Below, one piece after another: positions 24,864-38,557 of a stretch of 64,000 nt of DNA. Under the pieces are notes generated by a model. That model was not told the origin of the DNA. It did no database searches and saw only the letters and a list, made by a program, of their open reading frames with translations. The DNA comes from Macrostomum lignano. Its lineage: Eukaryota. A program made the position numbers and the translations under genes. The stretch spans positions 162,030 to 226,029 of the forward strand of contig NIVC01001880.1 in the NCBI GenBank assembly GCA_002269645.1, written 5' to 3'. The stretch's first letter is position 1, and every line of letters starts with the position of its first letter.

Positions 24864-26330
24864 TCACGCAGTTGGGGAATCGTTGAGCAGGTCATCCTCC
24901 TCCTTTTCAGTGGTGGGTGACCCGCAGACCTCCATGGGAGTTTCAGCGTCCTCAGCAGTTAGGGTGGCTGTGGAGTCCTCCGCGGACGTGAGCCCAGCGT
25001 GGACGTTACCGTCGCCTCTCCTGCGTGCTTCGGTGCTGTCACTGCCCGTCCCCTCTGCCTCGTCGGTCAGGTCGATGCGGGTGGCGCCAGCCTCCTGGTG
25101 AGTCACAGACTCGAACCAGTCGGTCGGAGCCTCCCCGCTTAGAGTCTGGCCTTCTGGCTGTTGGGGTGGAGCGCGAGAAGCGCGGGCCCGCTCACGATGC
25201 GCACGAAGGTTCTTGGCCTGGTCCAGCGCGCGCTGGATCAGGCCGGACCTCCGGGTGCTCCTGGCGGGTCTGCGATTGCGATTTCCGGTTTCAGCAGCGC
25301 GAACTGCCTTACCGGGCATAGGATCGGCCGTTTGCCTCGGCTTCTTTGCCGGAGGAGCCTGGGCCCCAGTTCCGGTTTCGGAAGCTTTGGCATTCTTGGC
25401 TTCATCAGCTTTCCGCTCCTCGCAACGGAGGATGGTCAGCTGAGTCAGACCAATATGAATTGTGGACTTAGGCGGCAAGCGCTTAGCCCAGTCATCAGAG
25501 AGCCCTAGGATCACCGTAGCCCCCTTCTCCTTGCGGGAAGTGGCGTGGTGTAGGAGCCCGTTGACCTTAAGGTCGGGGTGCAGCTTTAGCAATATTTGCC
25601 TAAGCTGATCTCCGGACTTAATGGCACTGCCGGCCGGGATCCAGACGCGAAAGCGCTGGGTCTTCTGTCGTTCGCCCTCGCTGGCGAAGACGAGCTTGCC
25701 GAGCTTCTTGGGCCAGTTCAGCTTTGGCAGAAGCTCGCGTAGATTGCGGCTGCTCTCCTCCGAGCTGCACCAGATGAAGATGCAGCCGTCGGTCTTGGCA
25801 GACTTGACCACGCTCACAGGGCGGCCCGCCAGGAGCTGGTCGATGAGCGCAGCATCGATGGTGCGCCAGGCACTGTCGAGCTCGTCGGCCGTGAGGTCCT
25901 GCTCTTCCCCGAAGACGATGACCGCCGGTTGGAGCTTGACCTTTGAGGCGTAGTTGGTGGCGGCGGTTCCCGAAGGCCCGGCCGCGCTTGTAGCAGGTAT
26001 ACTGGGTGGCTCACCAGCGGGGGTTGTATCCTGGGGGGCAGGGGTTGCTGTGGTTCCTTTCGGCCCAACAGCAGCCTCGCCCTCCCTAGGTTCCCCTTCC
26101 GCCGGTGGCCGGCCCGCAGTACCCCGTAGTCGCCGTCGCCGCTCGTTGCGGCGTTGGTTGCGGGTGCGTCGGGCTTCAGCGGAGGGCCCGGTTGCGCGTG
26201 CGGGCATGTCACCAGCCGAGCCGGCGGCAAGCCCATCTGCCCCCGGTGGGGCGGCGCTGGTGCCAGAGTCACCGGCCGGAGTTGCCGGGGCCCCGGCTTC
26301 AGCGGGGGTTAAAGAGGCGGATGACGCCAT
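24864..26330 (-). CDS. Retrotransposon ORF1 (central domain resembling DUF4780 of LOA-type elements; no CCHC knuckles seen)
   Basis: Open frame within the TSD-bounded element; probable ATG at 26330 (MASSASLTP); central DGCIFIWCSSEESS...RVWIP...ILLKLHPDL...GATVILGL block. The family assignment is from recall. Confidence 0.8.
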   Translation of the reverse strand: MASSASLTPAEAGAPATPAGDSGTSAAPPGADGLAAGSAGDMPARATGPSAEARRTRNQRRNERRRRLRGTAGRPPAEGEPREGEAAVGPKGTTATPAPQDTTPAGEPPSIPATSAAGPSGTAATNYASKVKLQPAVIVFGEEQDLTADELDSAWRTIDAALIDQLLAGRPVSVVKSAKTDGCIFIWCSSEESSRNLRELLPKLNWPKKLGKLVFASEGERQKTQRFRVWIPAGSAIKSGDQLRQILLKLHPDLKVNGLLHHATSRKEKGATVILGLSDDWAKRLPPKSTIHIGLTQLTILRCEERKADEAKNAKASETGTGAQAPPAKKPRQTADPMPGKAVRAAETGNRNRRPARSTRRSGLIQRALDQAKNLRAHRERARASRAPPQQPEGQTLSGEAPTDWFESVTHQEAGATRIDLTDEAEGTGSDSTEARRRGDGNVHAGLTSAEDSTATLTAEDAETPMEVCGSPTTEKEEDDLLNDSPTA

Positions 26331-27174
26331 AGCTGAAAGCGGGAAGGAGTGAGCTGAGTCACAAAAGAAAGAGGAAAGAAGAAAAAGAAAAGGACCGCTA
26401 GCGACCGGACAACCCCCGGCCTTCCAGCCCATCGGCACGGTCAAACACCTTAGGCATTAGGGGGTACGTTAAGCAGTACCACGGCCTGCAGGCTGGCAAG
26501 CCAGACCCGCATACCCAAATTCGGCCGAAGCCACTGGATGGGTCGCCAGCGTCGGAGCCCAGTCTGTCCAGCAGCCCTAGGGTCTGCCTTGAACACACGC
26601 GGGGACGAGTACCCTGGGTCGACTTGTGAAACAGCGTGAGGGGGGGGGGTCTGCGGCTGCCAGTGGCAAATAGCGGGTGCAGACCTCCCTCTCCAGCCTT
26701 GACCTGCTGAATATAGGGGCAGGCGTGAAGCATCGCAGACCGTAGCCCTTAGGCCTGGTCTGTCTCATACTTCACTGGCGTGCTGAATACACCTTCGCGT
26801 GCGAAAGGTAGCTCAATAGACAAATCCATCTTGGGTAGAAGCGGAAAACAAAGGCAATAAAAAATCCTCCCTTCTCCAAGGGGGAGAGGCATGTCTCCAG
26901 TGTTCCCTCCCCCTTGGCTATACCTCTATTTGGTATTGTGAGAGATTTTTTGCTCTTTTGTATGCTATTATTTTTAATTGAGATGAGGTTATCTCTAGTG
27001 TACTATATCCACTTCTTATATGCCCTAGTATTAGTAATAATTTTATTGATTGATTTTATTGATAGTTAGATCATGGTTGCAGTAGCTCAGTAAGTTCAGT
27101 TTTTTAGCTCCTTGATAGTCTTTTGCTTGAATGAAATCTCACTCTTTTTCTATTAGAGTGAGAGTGAGATTCTA

Positions 27175-27435
27175 TTATTCTTTTTCTCTTTTTCTATACT
27201 CTTTATCTAGGTCATTCTTTATCTGGACTCTTGGGAAGGCAGAGCCAGCTTCTTGCAGATTTTGTAGGTTGCCAATAAATGCTACCTTGTCATTTTTGTT
27301 TACTAGGCAGATAACCAAAAGCCTTAGTTGGTTGTTGAAAGGTTGCTCACACCCAATTTGCCTAGAATCAACAATTGGCACTGTTGAAGATGTCAGCTTT
27401 GTGTTGTGTATGGACTTTTGTTTTAGCAAATGCAC
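27175..27435 (-). pseudogene. ORF1 remnant of the decayed LINE (5' part, displaced by the LOA-type insertion)
   Basis: RLLVICLVNKNDKVAFIGNLQNLQEAGSAFPRVQIKNDLDKEYRKREKE resembles the C-terminus of CR1/L2-type ORF1; same strand and upstream of the RT remnant. Confidence 0.55.
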
Positions 27436-29029
27436 TAATGCTTCCCTTCTTTTGTCTATAGTCTAGGGTACAATATTTTATTTCTTTAAGAGCCGAAGGC
27501 TAACAGTATTACAAAGGGCAAGCAAGACGTGTGCCGGCTAGAGGCAAATAAAGCTTGTGAACAGCTTGTATTTTAAATAATGCTTCTTCGACTTGACTTT
27601 GATGTCAGATGGTAGCCTGGAGGCAATAGTCGGTATAGAAGCAGAAGAGGACATAACATTTGGGCCATCTTGCATTAGATTTTTGAGCTTCTTAATTTCT
27701 TAGAGTCCAAAGATAAGTGATGTTTTTCTTAATACTGTGCTGATTTACCTCCTACTATAGAAAATTAGATAATGAGGTTTGACAATAAAGAAGGATTATT
27801 AAAAAGAGCAGAAAAAAGAGAAAAAGAGAAGAAAGAGAAAAGAAGGGAAAGAGAAGAGAAAAGAGAGGAGAAGAAAAAAGAAAAAGATAAAAGAAATAAA
27901 AGAGGAGAGGCAAAAGGAAAGAATATTAAGTTTTAATAGCATCTTTCGAATTGGCTTTAAAAAGAGAAGAAAGCAGTCAATCATAAACTAAAAATATATA
28001 AATTGCATAAGTCTTTGTTATTATTAAATGAATATTATCTATATTTTAAGATACTATAAGGTGAAGGGCTTTAACAAAGGTGAGGTCTGAGCTTTCCTTT
28101 AGTAACAAATCCTAAGCTGCTTCAATGTGCTCTTTAGGTATATCAGATCATATAGTAGACAATTCTTAAAGGTGAGCTTCACTATACTCTCTCTCCTTTA
28201 GGCTTGTATAAGTTGTATTCAACATTCAAGTTACAATACTTGGCTACATTTTTATGTCTATATAAAGAATTAAATGGTTTTCCCTTTATTTGACTAAATG
28301 ATAGCAGCTTAGGTCTCATGGACATTGTTGGATATACCTTAAAATAGAAAGCTAAGTGCTTCTTCCATTGCTTGATAGCTTTGTTTTTAGCTTACTGTTT
28401 GCAGCAAATTTAGGGTTTTTGGCCTTGTTAGAAGCAATATGGCCTGCTTCTTTTGTTAGCCATTCTTTGCACTTTGTAAATAACTCATTTTTTGCACATA
28501 ACCATTCTACTTTGTATTGTTATACAGATCTTTATCTGGATCAAAATGCTCTAATGTTATAGAGCTATGCTAAGCCATTCATGTATTTTCTTAATAGTAC
28601 ATCCTTTTAGGTTACAAGTGTAGTTTTTCTTTTTTCACCATTGTGATCAATGTGGTATAGTGCTTTGTAATGTTACCATATTCCATTTTTGACAATGCTT
28701 CAAAATTTTCACCATAGAACATTTATTACATGAAGCAGCAAAAAGGCCAATATGACTTAAAATGTAAGTTTCTTTCAAGGTTTCAAAAGTAATTTTAAAA
28801 ATTCTTAATATAACTGGGGTCTGGATATGAATATTGGCAGCTTAGAATGGTCAAAGTTAATTTTGGAATAGATATTGCTTTATTAAATGTCAATAATGAT
28901 GAATTTAATCTTACACTAAGATTTAAAAAAGTGTAGACAAGTTGATATAGTAAAAAAACATAGTTGCATTTTTTAATAACATACATTCCATTTCTCAACT
29001 GTTTGAGGTGGATAATGAATGTGTGGCTT

Positions 29030-29347
29030 CATACATGCGCAACAGTCGGCCAATCCGGCCAACCGATTTGGCGGCCAACCAAGGAAGTTGCAAAAATACC
29101 CACCCGAAGAAACACTTAGTAGTAGTACTAAGTAGCTGACGAGGCATTTTGGGTTTTATAAGACAGTTTTAGTTTTATTAATAAGTTTTATAAGTTTTAG
29201 TTACTCCTGCCGTTTACCCATAGTTGCGTTAATTTTGCTTTCGGGTTTTTTTTGCATGTAAGTCGCATTTTTGGCCAAAAACTACGTTGCATTTTTGTTA
29301 AAACTAAGTTGCACGGCCGACCGAATTTTGGAGGTTGCGCATATATG
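29030..29347. mobile_element. 318-bp MITE related to the 18051-20574 element
   Basis: TIR catacatgcgcaac ... gttgcgcatatatg; TSD tgtggctt (29022-29029 and 29348-29355); shares tagttactcctgccgtttaccca and gtaagtcgcattttt with the larger element's right end. Confidence 0.88.
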
Positions 29348-30653
29348 TGTGGCTTCTAGATGCAATTCTAGCAAACTAGTAGCAAATGACATGCAATGCA
29401 ACAAAATGGTTCAGTGCAAGCTTTGCACTTGTTATAGGTGTCTAAAGGGGCCAAGAATTTAGAGAATACTGTTTCTACTTGGTCAATGTGCTCTCTAAAG
29501 TCTATGTCTAATGCATCAGCTTCTCAATGGCCAACACTAAGCCTCATATCATTACTTGCACTTGGTTGATCAAGCTGCAATCTGTTTAATATAAAAATGA
29601 TACTTTCAGTTATATTAATTTGTTTATACTGAAAGACACTAAATATTTTATTTAAAAACTTAAAAGTACTATTAATAAATGTGCTAGTTTAGGTAAGAAT
29701 GACTCACACTGAATGACATTTCTTATATGCAAAAATTCTCTTTGTCTTTGTTTTTGCTCACTTTCCAAGTGTATAATAGCTCACTTGGTTCTTGCTCAAG
29801 GCATGTGGCTAAAATGTTTATAAAAATATTTGATAATTGTAGTTTGCTGATAATTATAATGAATAAAAACCACATTTGGTAATAACAAAAATAAATAAGA
29901 TATTGTCATTCTTATTTTCAGAATAACAAATTTAGCAAGAATGTAAGATAACAAATGGTTTTAAGTCTAAAAACAAAATGAGCTAAAAGTCGATTTTATT
30001 ATGCCTGGCTAATTTAGCCCTGTCTTTGGCTTGGCTTTTCTTATGCTTTAAAATAAGAATTTTTGGAAGTCTAACTGTATGCCTAGCTATAAAATAAAAA
30101 GTTAATCTAGCCTAACCTAGTACCTAGCTACCCAGGGTTGGTTAGTCATTAATGCTAGGCCAATAGACTAAATGTCCTATATATCCCTACAGTAAAGAAG
30201 TTCTAGACAGGCCTAGTCTATGGCCTAACTTGGCCTATCTAAAGCCAAAGCCAGAACATTGATACACATTTGCACAGTGCAAAGGCTGAGGTCTTAGGCC
30301 TACCAATTAATGATAGATTTTATTTTTGTAATATGCATGTGTGTTACTATATATGACTTATGGCATGTCGAGACATGCTATTAGTTTAAAGTCTGCACAA
30401 TGAAGGTCTTGGTCTAGCAAGCATGCAATTTGTAAGTACAGCTTCCAATTAGAAGAATCAAGTAGAAGGATGCGAAACAGCAAATCTTAGAAAATGTTTA
30501 TGAAGCTGGTTTTCGCCGAGAAATACACTACGGAGATAGGAAGTTTTGATTTTTTCAGCATTGCTTTCGATAGGAGGCAGACCCAATGTTCACCTTTTGA
30601 TATGTTGTGCCTTCTTGTATCTCTATTGAGAATTCTCATGCTAATCCGCTGCA

Positions 30654-32084
30654 ATGGCCAGCTCCGCCTCAGCTGATGCGGGAGGCTTCGCCGAGTTCGG
30701 CAACATCTTCGCCGACGAGCTGGCCGGCCTCACAGACGACCAGCTGGTGGCCCTGAGCGCCAGGCGCCTGGCAGCCCGCCTCGCCTCGCTCTCCAAGCCC
30801 ACCTCGGAATCTCGACGGCCTTCGAAAAAAGTCCCTGTTGACCAGGGCGACCTGCTTGACCGTCTGGACGATGACGGCGCCGACGAGCTGGAGGATGAGG
30901 ATGAGGAAGACGAGCCGCCGCTGTCCGATGCCGATGCGGACTCCGAGGAGGCTGCAGGCAGCGATGACGATGATGCGATTTTCCGAGGCGGCGAGCTGGA
31001 CGAAGCTGAGCAGGAGGAGCTGCTGGCGATGGAGGCCGAGGAGGCGGACGGCAGCGCCGATGACGAAGAAGACAGTGAGGCGGAGGCGGACCTGGCGGCC
31101 CGGTTCGACCGGGAGGACCTGCCGTTCGACAGCTTGAAGTTCGACGACTTCATCGACCCGGCCAAGCAGCCAGGGAATGAACCGCCTGATGAAGAGGAAG
31201 AGGAGGAAGAAACCGGGGAGCGGGACGATGATGAGGAGCCGGAGGAGGCTGGCGAGGCCGAGGGTCCGCAGTCGAAGTTCGAGCGCAGCCAGAAGCGAAT
31301 GCGCGAGGAGATCGCCGCTCTGGAGGACTCGCTGGTGCGGCCCGCGCCCTGGCAGCTGCGCGGCGAGATCGAGGCGGCTGAGCGGCCCGAAGGCGGCCTG
31401 CTGGAAGAAGACCTGGACTTCGATCACATCGGCCGGCCGCGGCCGCTGGCCTCAGAGGAGCTGGAGTCGCGCATCCAGGAGCTGGTGAGGGCGCGCATCA
31501 AGGAGGCCAAGTTCGACAGCGTGGCCAGGAAGCACCGGCCCGAAGAGCGGCCCGCCGAGTACCGCAAGGCGCTGCTGCTGGACACGGAGAAGCCGCGGCC
31601 TCTTGCCGAGGTGTACGAAGGCGAGTTCGCCAAGCAGCAGACGGCCGAGGCAGCCAAGTCGCTGCCGCAACACGAGGAGATCCGGCGCGACCTGAACTCC
31701 CTGCTGGCCCGGCTGGACCGCCTGTCCGGCCTGCACTTCGCCCCGCAGAACCCGCTGCCCCGCGTCCGGGTGGTCAGCGGGGCGCCCGCTCTGGCCATGG
31801 AGGAGGTCCGCGGCACGGCCGCCTCTGCCGAGGCCTCGCAGGCGGCCCCGGAGCAGCTGGCTGACAAGCCGGGCCGGCGGGCCGGCAAGGAGGTCGGCGA
31901 CAGCGAGCTGAGCCGCACCGACCGGCTGCGGCGGCGGCGCAAGGCCAAGAAAGGCCAGCGGCTTCGGCGCCAGCGGGCAGAGGCGGCGGGCCTGGCATCG
32001 AAGGATCCGAGGCAGGCGGCTCTCGCGCAGCTCAAACAGCAAGCGCGAAAACCCGGGTCCCGAGTTCGAATCCTGGCGTCCTAA
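30654..32084 (+). CDS. MPP10: U3 snoRNP protein Mpp10 (M-phase phosphoprotein 10), intronless as read
   Basis: Acidic N-half, then LEDSLVRPAPWQLRGEIEAAERPEGGLLEEDLDFDH, RIKEAKFDSVARK, PLAEVYEGEF, LDRLSGLHFAP, APALAMEEV, SELSRTDRLRRRRKAK. An upstream exon cannot be excluded. Confidence 0.92.
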   Translation: MASSASADAGGFAEFGNIFADELAGLTDDQLVALSARRLAARLASLSKPTSESRRPSKKVPVDQGDLLDRLDDDGADELEDEDEEDEPPLSDADADSEEAAGSDDDDAIFRGGELDEAEQEELLAMEAEEADGSADDEEDSEAEADLAARFDREDLPFDSLKFDDFIDPAKQPGNEPPDEEEEEEETGERDDDEEPEEAGEAEGPQSKFERSQKRMREEIAALEDSLVRPAPWQLRGEIEAAERPEGGLLEEDLDFDHIGRPRPLASEELESRIQELVRARIKEAKFDSVARKHRPEERPAEYRKALLLDTEKPRPLAEVYEGEFAKQQTAEAAKSLPQHEEIRRDLNSLLARLDRLSGLHFAPQNPLPRVRVVSGAPALAMEEVRGTAASAEASQAAPEQLADKPGRRAGKEVGDSELSRTDRLRRRRKAKKGQRLRRQRAEAAGLASKDPRQAALAQLKQQARKPGSRVRILAS

Positions 32085-32159
32085 TTGATATTGCGATAAA
32101 ATTCTGTTGAAGCCACACGAGTAGCAACTATAATCCCCTTCCAGAAGTGACTCAAAACG

Positions 32160-32885
32160 TTTCATAAACCCTGCCAGAAATCGCCCATAAACCCTGCCAG
32201 AAACCACCCATAAACCCTGCCAGAAATCGCCTATGAACCCTGCCAGAAACCACCCATAAACCCTGCCAGAAACCACCCATAAAACCCCGCCAGAAATCGC
32301 CTATGAACCCTGCCAGAAACCACGCATAAACCCTGCCAGAAACCACCCATAAACCCTGCCAGAAACCACCCATAAACCCTGCCAGAAACCACCCATAAAC
32401 CCCGCCAGAAATTGCCCATAAACCCTGCCAGAAACCACCCATAAACCCTGCCAGAAACCACCCATAAACCCTGCCAGAAACCACCCATAAACCCTGCCAG
32501 AAACCACCCATAAACCCTGCCAGAAACCACCCATAAACCCTGCCAGAAACCACCCATAAACCCCGCCAGAAACCACCCATAAACCCTGCCAGAAACCACC
32601 CATAAACCCCGCCAGAAATTGCCCATAAACCCTGCCAGAAACCACCCATAAACCCTGCCAGAAACCACCCATAAACCCTGCCAGAAACCACCCATAAACC
32701 CTGCCAGAAACCACCCATAAACCCTGCCAGAAACCACCCATAAACCCCGCCAGAAACCACCCATAAACCCTGCCAGAAACCACCCATAAACCCCACCAGA
32801 AATTGCCCATAAACCCCGCCAGAAATTGCCCATAAACCCTGCCAGAAACCACCCATAAACCCTGCCAGAAATCACTCATAAACCT
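32160..32885. repeat. ~24-bp tandem repeat (cccataaaccctgccagaaacca)n
   Basis: Read directly; about 30 units just downstream of MPP10. Confidence 0.95.
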
Positions 32886-33361
32886 CTGTCTAAACACATT
32901 AGAAATTGCTTCTTGTTGTCATGCACACTTTCTGCGCATTTTTGTCATGCTATCAATGCTCTTCAATTTATTGCCTTGTCTAAAAAGTTGTCAGTTTTTG
33001 TGAATTAAAAATTTGCTCCGCCAGTGCTCAGCTGTAAATCCGTTGTCTTTGGCATCCTGGATAAATAAACCCTGAGGGCTTCTGGAGTCAGAGTTGCTTC
33101 CGTGGACTTGAATTGACACTGTCAACATTGTTCATTATTTTTCGTTCGTGTAATTCTGCTCTTCGCTAGGATATCTTGGGTTGCCGATCTGGTTCCAATT
33201 AGATTACTAGCTAGACTACTGATGTCCGCGTTTTTTATCTTTTTTGTAGCAAATTCTCCAAAAATACTCGCGAGAAAGGATGCCTTATTTGTAGGGAATC
33301 AGAGAGAGGCTGGACCTGACTGTTCTGTTCATCACAGGCGACTTTGAAATCTGTCTGTCAG

Positions 33362-33902
33362 ACTGTCACCCATCTTGGCGCCCATGTGTCACCCACCTTG
33401 GCGTCCCATGTGTCACCCACCTTGGCGCCCCATGTGTCACCCACCTTAGCGCCCCTGTGTCACCCATCTTAGTGCCCCATGTGTCACCCACCTTGGCGCC
33501 CCTGTGTCACCCATCTTAGTGCCCCATGTGTCACCCATCTTAGTGCCCCATGTGTCACCCACCTTGGCGCCCCATGTGTCACCCACCTTGGCGCCCCATG
33601 TGTCACCCACCTTGGCGCTCCATGTGTCACCCACCTTGGGCCCCTGTGTCACCCATCTTAGCGCCCCAGTGTCACCCATCTTGGCGCTCCATGTGTCACC
33701 CATCTTGGCGCCCCATGTGTCACCCACCTTGGCGCCCCTGTGTCACCCACCTTGGCGCCCATGTGTCACCCACCTTGGCGCCCATGTGTCATCCACCTTG
33801 GCGCCCGTTTGTCTCCCATCTTGGCGCCCCATGTGTCACCCACCTTGGGGCCTCATGTGTCACCCACCTTGGCGCCCCATGTGTCACCCATATTGGCGCC
33901 CC
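33362..33902. repeat. 23/24-bp tandem repeat (tgtgtcacccaccttggcgcccca)n
   Basis: Read directly; immediately upstream of the first recognisable thiolase exon. Confidence 0.95.
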
Positions 33903-33944
33903 TATCAACAATTCTCTCCCAAAAGCCGCGGATTATCCTCCTAG

Positions 33945-36115
<2,171 letters not shown>

Positions 36116-36164
36116 TTCGCTGGTCAGGGGGCTTCTGACTCGATGCTGCTGGGTCTGACAGTGG

Positions 36165-36290
36165 CCAGTGGATTGCTAATCTATCAGTGGATTGCTAATC
36201 TAGCCAGTGGATTGCTAATCTAGCCAGTGGATTGCTAATCTAGCCAGTGGATTGCTAATATAGCTTAGTTGATTCCTAATCTAGCCAGTG
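36165..36290. repeat. 20-bp tandem repeat (agccagtggattgctaatct)n
   Basis: About 6 units downstream of the thiolase stop codon. Confidence 0.85.
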
Positions 36291-36756
36291 GGCTACTAGT
36301 TTAGTTAATATATTTCTCACTTATCAATAATCAATAGTGATCCACCAGCATCCACACCAATCGGCCGCTGTCGGACTTTCTTTGGCGCCCCCAGATAGCA
36401 TCTAATTTATAAGCAGTTTTTTTAATTAGATAATTAAAATAAGCGTTTTTGCGTCACTCCTACTGATAGTAGATGATTAGCTCGTGACGACAGTTTTTCC
36501 GCTTCGATTTATTCTGTATTTTTAGTTGTAGTTGTCATAGCTGTTCGTATTGCAGCCACTGCTGTTAGCGCGTGGGCGCCAGTGCGGTGCAGGCGCGAAT
36601 CTCCTTGCCTGCATTGACCTGAGCTCCGATTCCGGTTGACTTAATTAATAAACCAGGATTTTTGCTAATCTGTTTATCATCAAACAATTGAAATTCGTTT
36701 CAACTTTAAAATATGTTTACGTTTTCTTTACTGCTTCATTCTTTAACTTGGTTGTC

Positions 36757-37620
36757 CTCCCAGATCCTCAGTTGCTGGGCCAGCCTCCCAGATCCTCAGT
36801 TGCTGGGCCAGCCTCCCAGATCCTCAGTTGCTGGGCCAGCCTCCCAGATCCTCAGTTGCTGGGCCAGCCTCCCAGATCCTCAGTTGCTGGGCCAGCCTCC
36901 CAGATCCTCAGTTGCTGGGCCAGCCTCCCAGATCTTCAGTTGCTGGGCCAGCCTCCCAGATCCTCAGTTGCTGGGCCAGCCTCCCAGATCCTCAGTTTCT
37001 GGGCCAGCCTCCCAGATCCTCAGTTGCTGGGCCAGCCTCCCAGATCTTCAGTTGCTGGGCCAGCCTCCCAGATCCTCAGTTTCTGGGCCAGCCTCCCAGA
37101 TCTTCAGTTGCTGGGCCAGCCTCCCAGATCCTCAGTTGCTGGGCCAGCCTCCCAGATCCTCAGTTGCTGGGCCAGTCTCCCAGATCCTCAGTTGCTGGGC
37201 CAGCCTCCCAGATCTTCAGTTGCTGGGCCAGCCTCCCAGATCCTCAGTTGCTGGGCCAGCCTCCCAGATCTTCAGTTGCTGGGCCAGCCTCCCAGATACT
37301 CAGTTGCTGGGCCAGTCTCCCAGATCCTCAGTTGCTGGGCCAGCCTCCCAGATCTTCAGTTGCTGGGCCAGCCTCCCAGATCCTCAGTTGCTGGGCCAGC
37401 CTCCCAGATCCTCAGTTGCTGGGCCAGTCTCCCAGATCCTCAGTTGCTGGGCCAGCCTCCCAGATACTCAGTTGCTGGGCCAGCCTCCCAGAGTGTCAGT
37501 TGCTGGGCCAGCCTCCCAGATCCTCAGTTGCTGGGCCAGCCTCCCAGATCCTCAGTAGCTGGGCCAGCCTCCCAGATCCTCAGTTGCTGGGCCAGCCTTC
37601 CAGATCCTCAGTTGCTGGGC
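36757..37620. repeat. 28-bp tandem repeat (cctcccagatcctcagttgctgggccag)n
   Basis: About 30 units read directly, with no spacers. Confidence 0.95.
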
Positions 37621-38557
37621 TACCCGCAAGTCTCCAATATTCTCAATATCATTTTTCCCATTAATGTAGTTTATCATAGTACTGCTATTGCCAACTGTGA
37701 GTAGTAGTACTCGTATGTAGTAGTAGTACCTTAAGTCCAATGGCAAACACTATCAGTGGTTCCGGAAGCGCTGTCATTTTGCGTGTCTCTGTCAGCTCAG
37801 CTGGTCAGCCCATGTTTGCACTGGCAGAGTGAACTTTTAGAGTGGGCTGGCAGTCTCCTGATGCCGCTTTTTGCCCTTCGATTATTATAGTTGAGACGAG
37901 AGTTCTCACTCAAAGCTCGTTTCGAGCCTGACAGCCGCACTCGACTCGAGAGAGTTTTATCATGGACTTCTATACTTAGCATGCTATTGGTTTTACCATT
38001 TGCCATTGGTTTTATCGTTCGTGCTCGATCGAAACGTTTCTGGTTTAAATCGATACGCAGTTTGTCGATAGTTGAAAGCCAGTGTATTTTTATTTACACA
38101 ACAAAGCATGTGCAGTTTTGCAAGTTGATTTTGAAATGCAAACAGAATTCATATTGAAGAGCTTTATGTTTGAATGCCCCCTAGCAACTGGCACGGGAAC
38201 CCGCTGCATCAGGGATCGGCAACCGATTTACCTCAAGGCCCAGATAGAAAACTTAGCGCATGACTGCGGGCCAGAGGGGGGAGCAGAGAAGAGACGAGAG
38301 ATGAGATGCAGTGTGGAGATCAAGAAAATGTCCTGACTTAGGAAATTTCTCCTACTGCGACTTGAGACTTCTGCAGTCACATGTAGCTTGCAGAGCAGCC
38401 ATGAAGCTTTTCTCAATGATCTCAGTTTCCTACCTGTTGACAACTTTGCGAATACCGAGTTTCAGTCTGAGGAGGGAGGGTTTGCCTCGCTTTTTTCAAA
38501 GTGGCTTCGCTGCCCCTTCTTGCCAAGTCCGAGTTTCATAGAAAGCTCTTTCTCGGA

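Larger units (their letters stand above)
21043..26802 (-). mobile_element. Full-length non-LTR retrotransposon, R1/LOA group, apparently intact
   Basis: 12-bp TSD gaaaggtagctc at 21031-21042 and 26803-26814; 3' (TAAG)n tail (ttacttacttactt on +); two open ORFs; about 470-nt 5' UTR. Confidence 0.95.

Noticed and set aside
32152-32897. Gly/Trp-rich ORFs (GGFWQGLWVVSGRVYG) resembling structural or adhesive proteins
   Set aside because: All three minus frames are open purely because the 24-bp unit lacks stops; no unique coding flanks or splice context.
36688-37704. 338/281/278-aa repetitive ORFs
   Set aside because: Frame-cycling translation of a 28-bp repeat.
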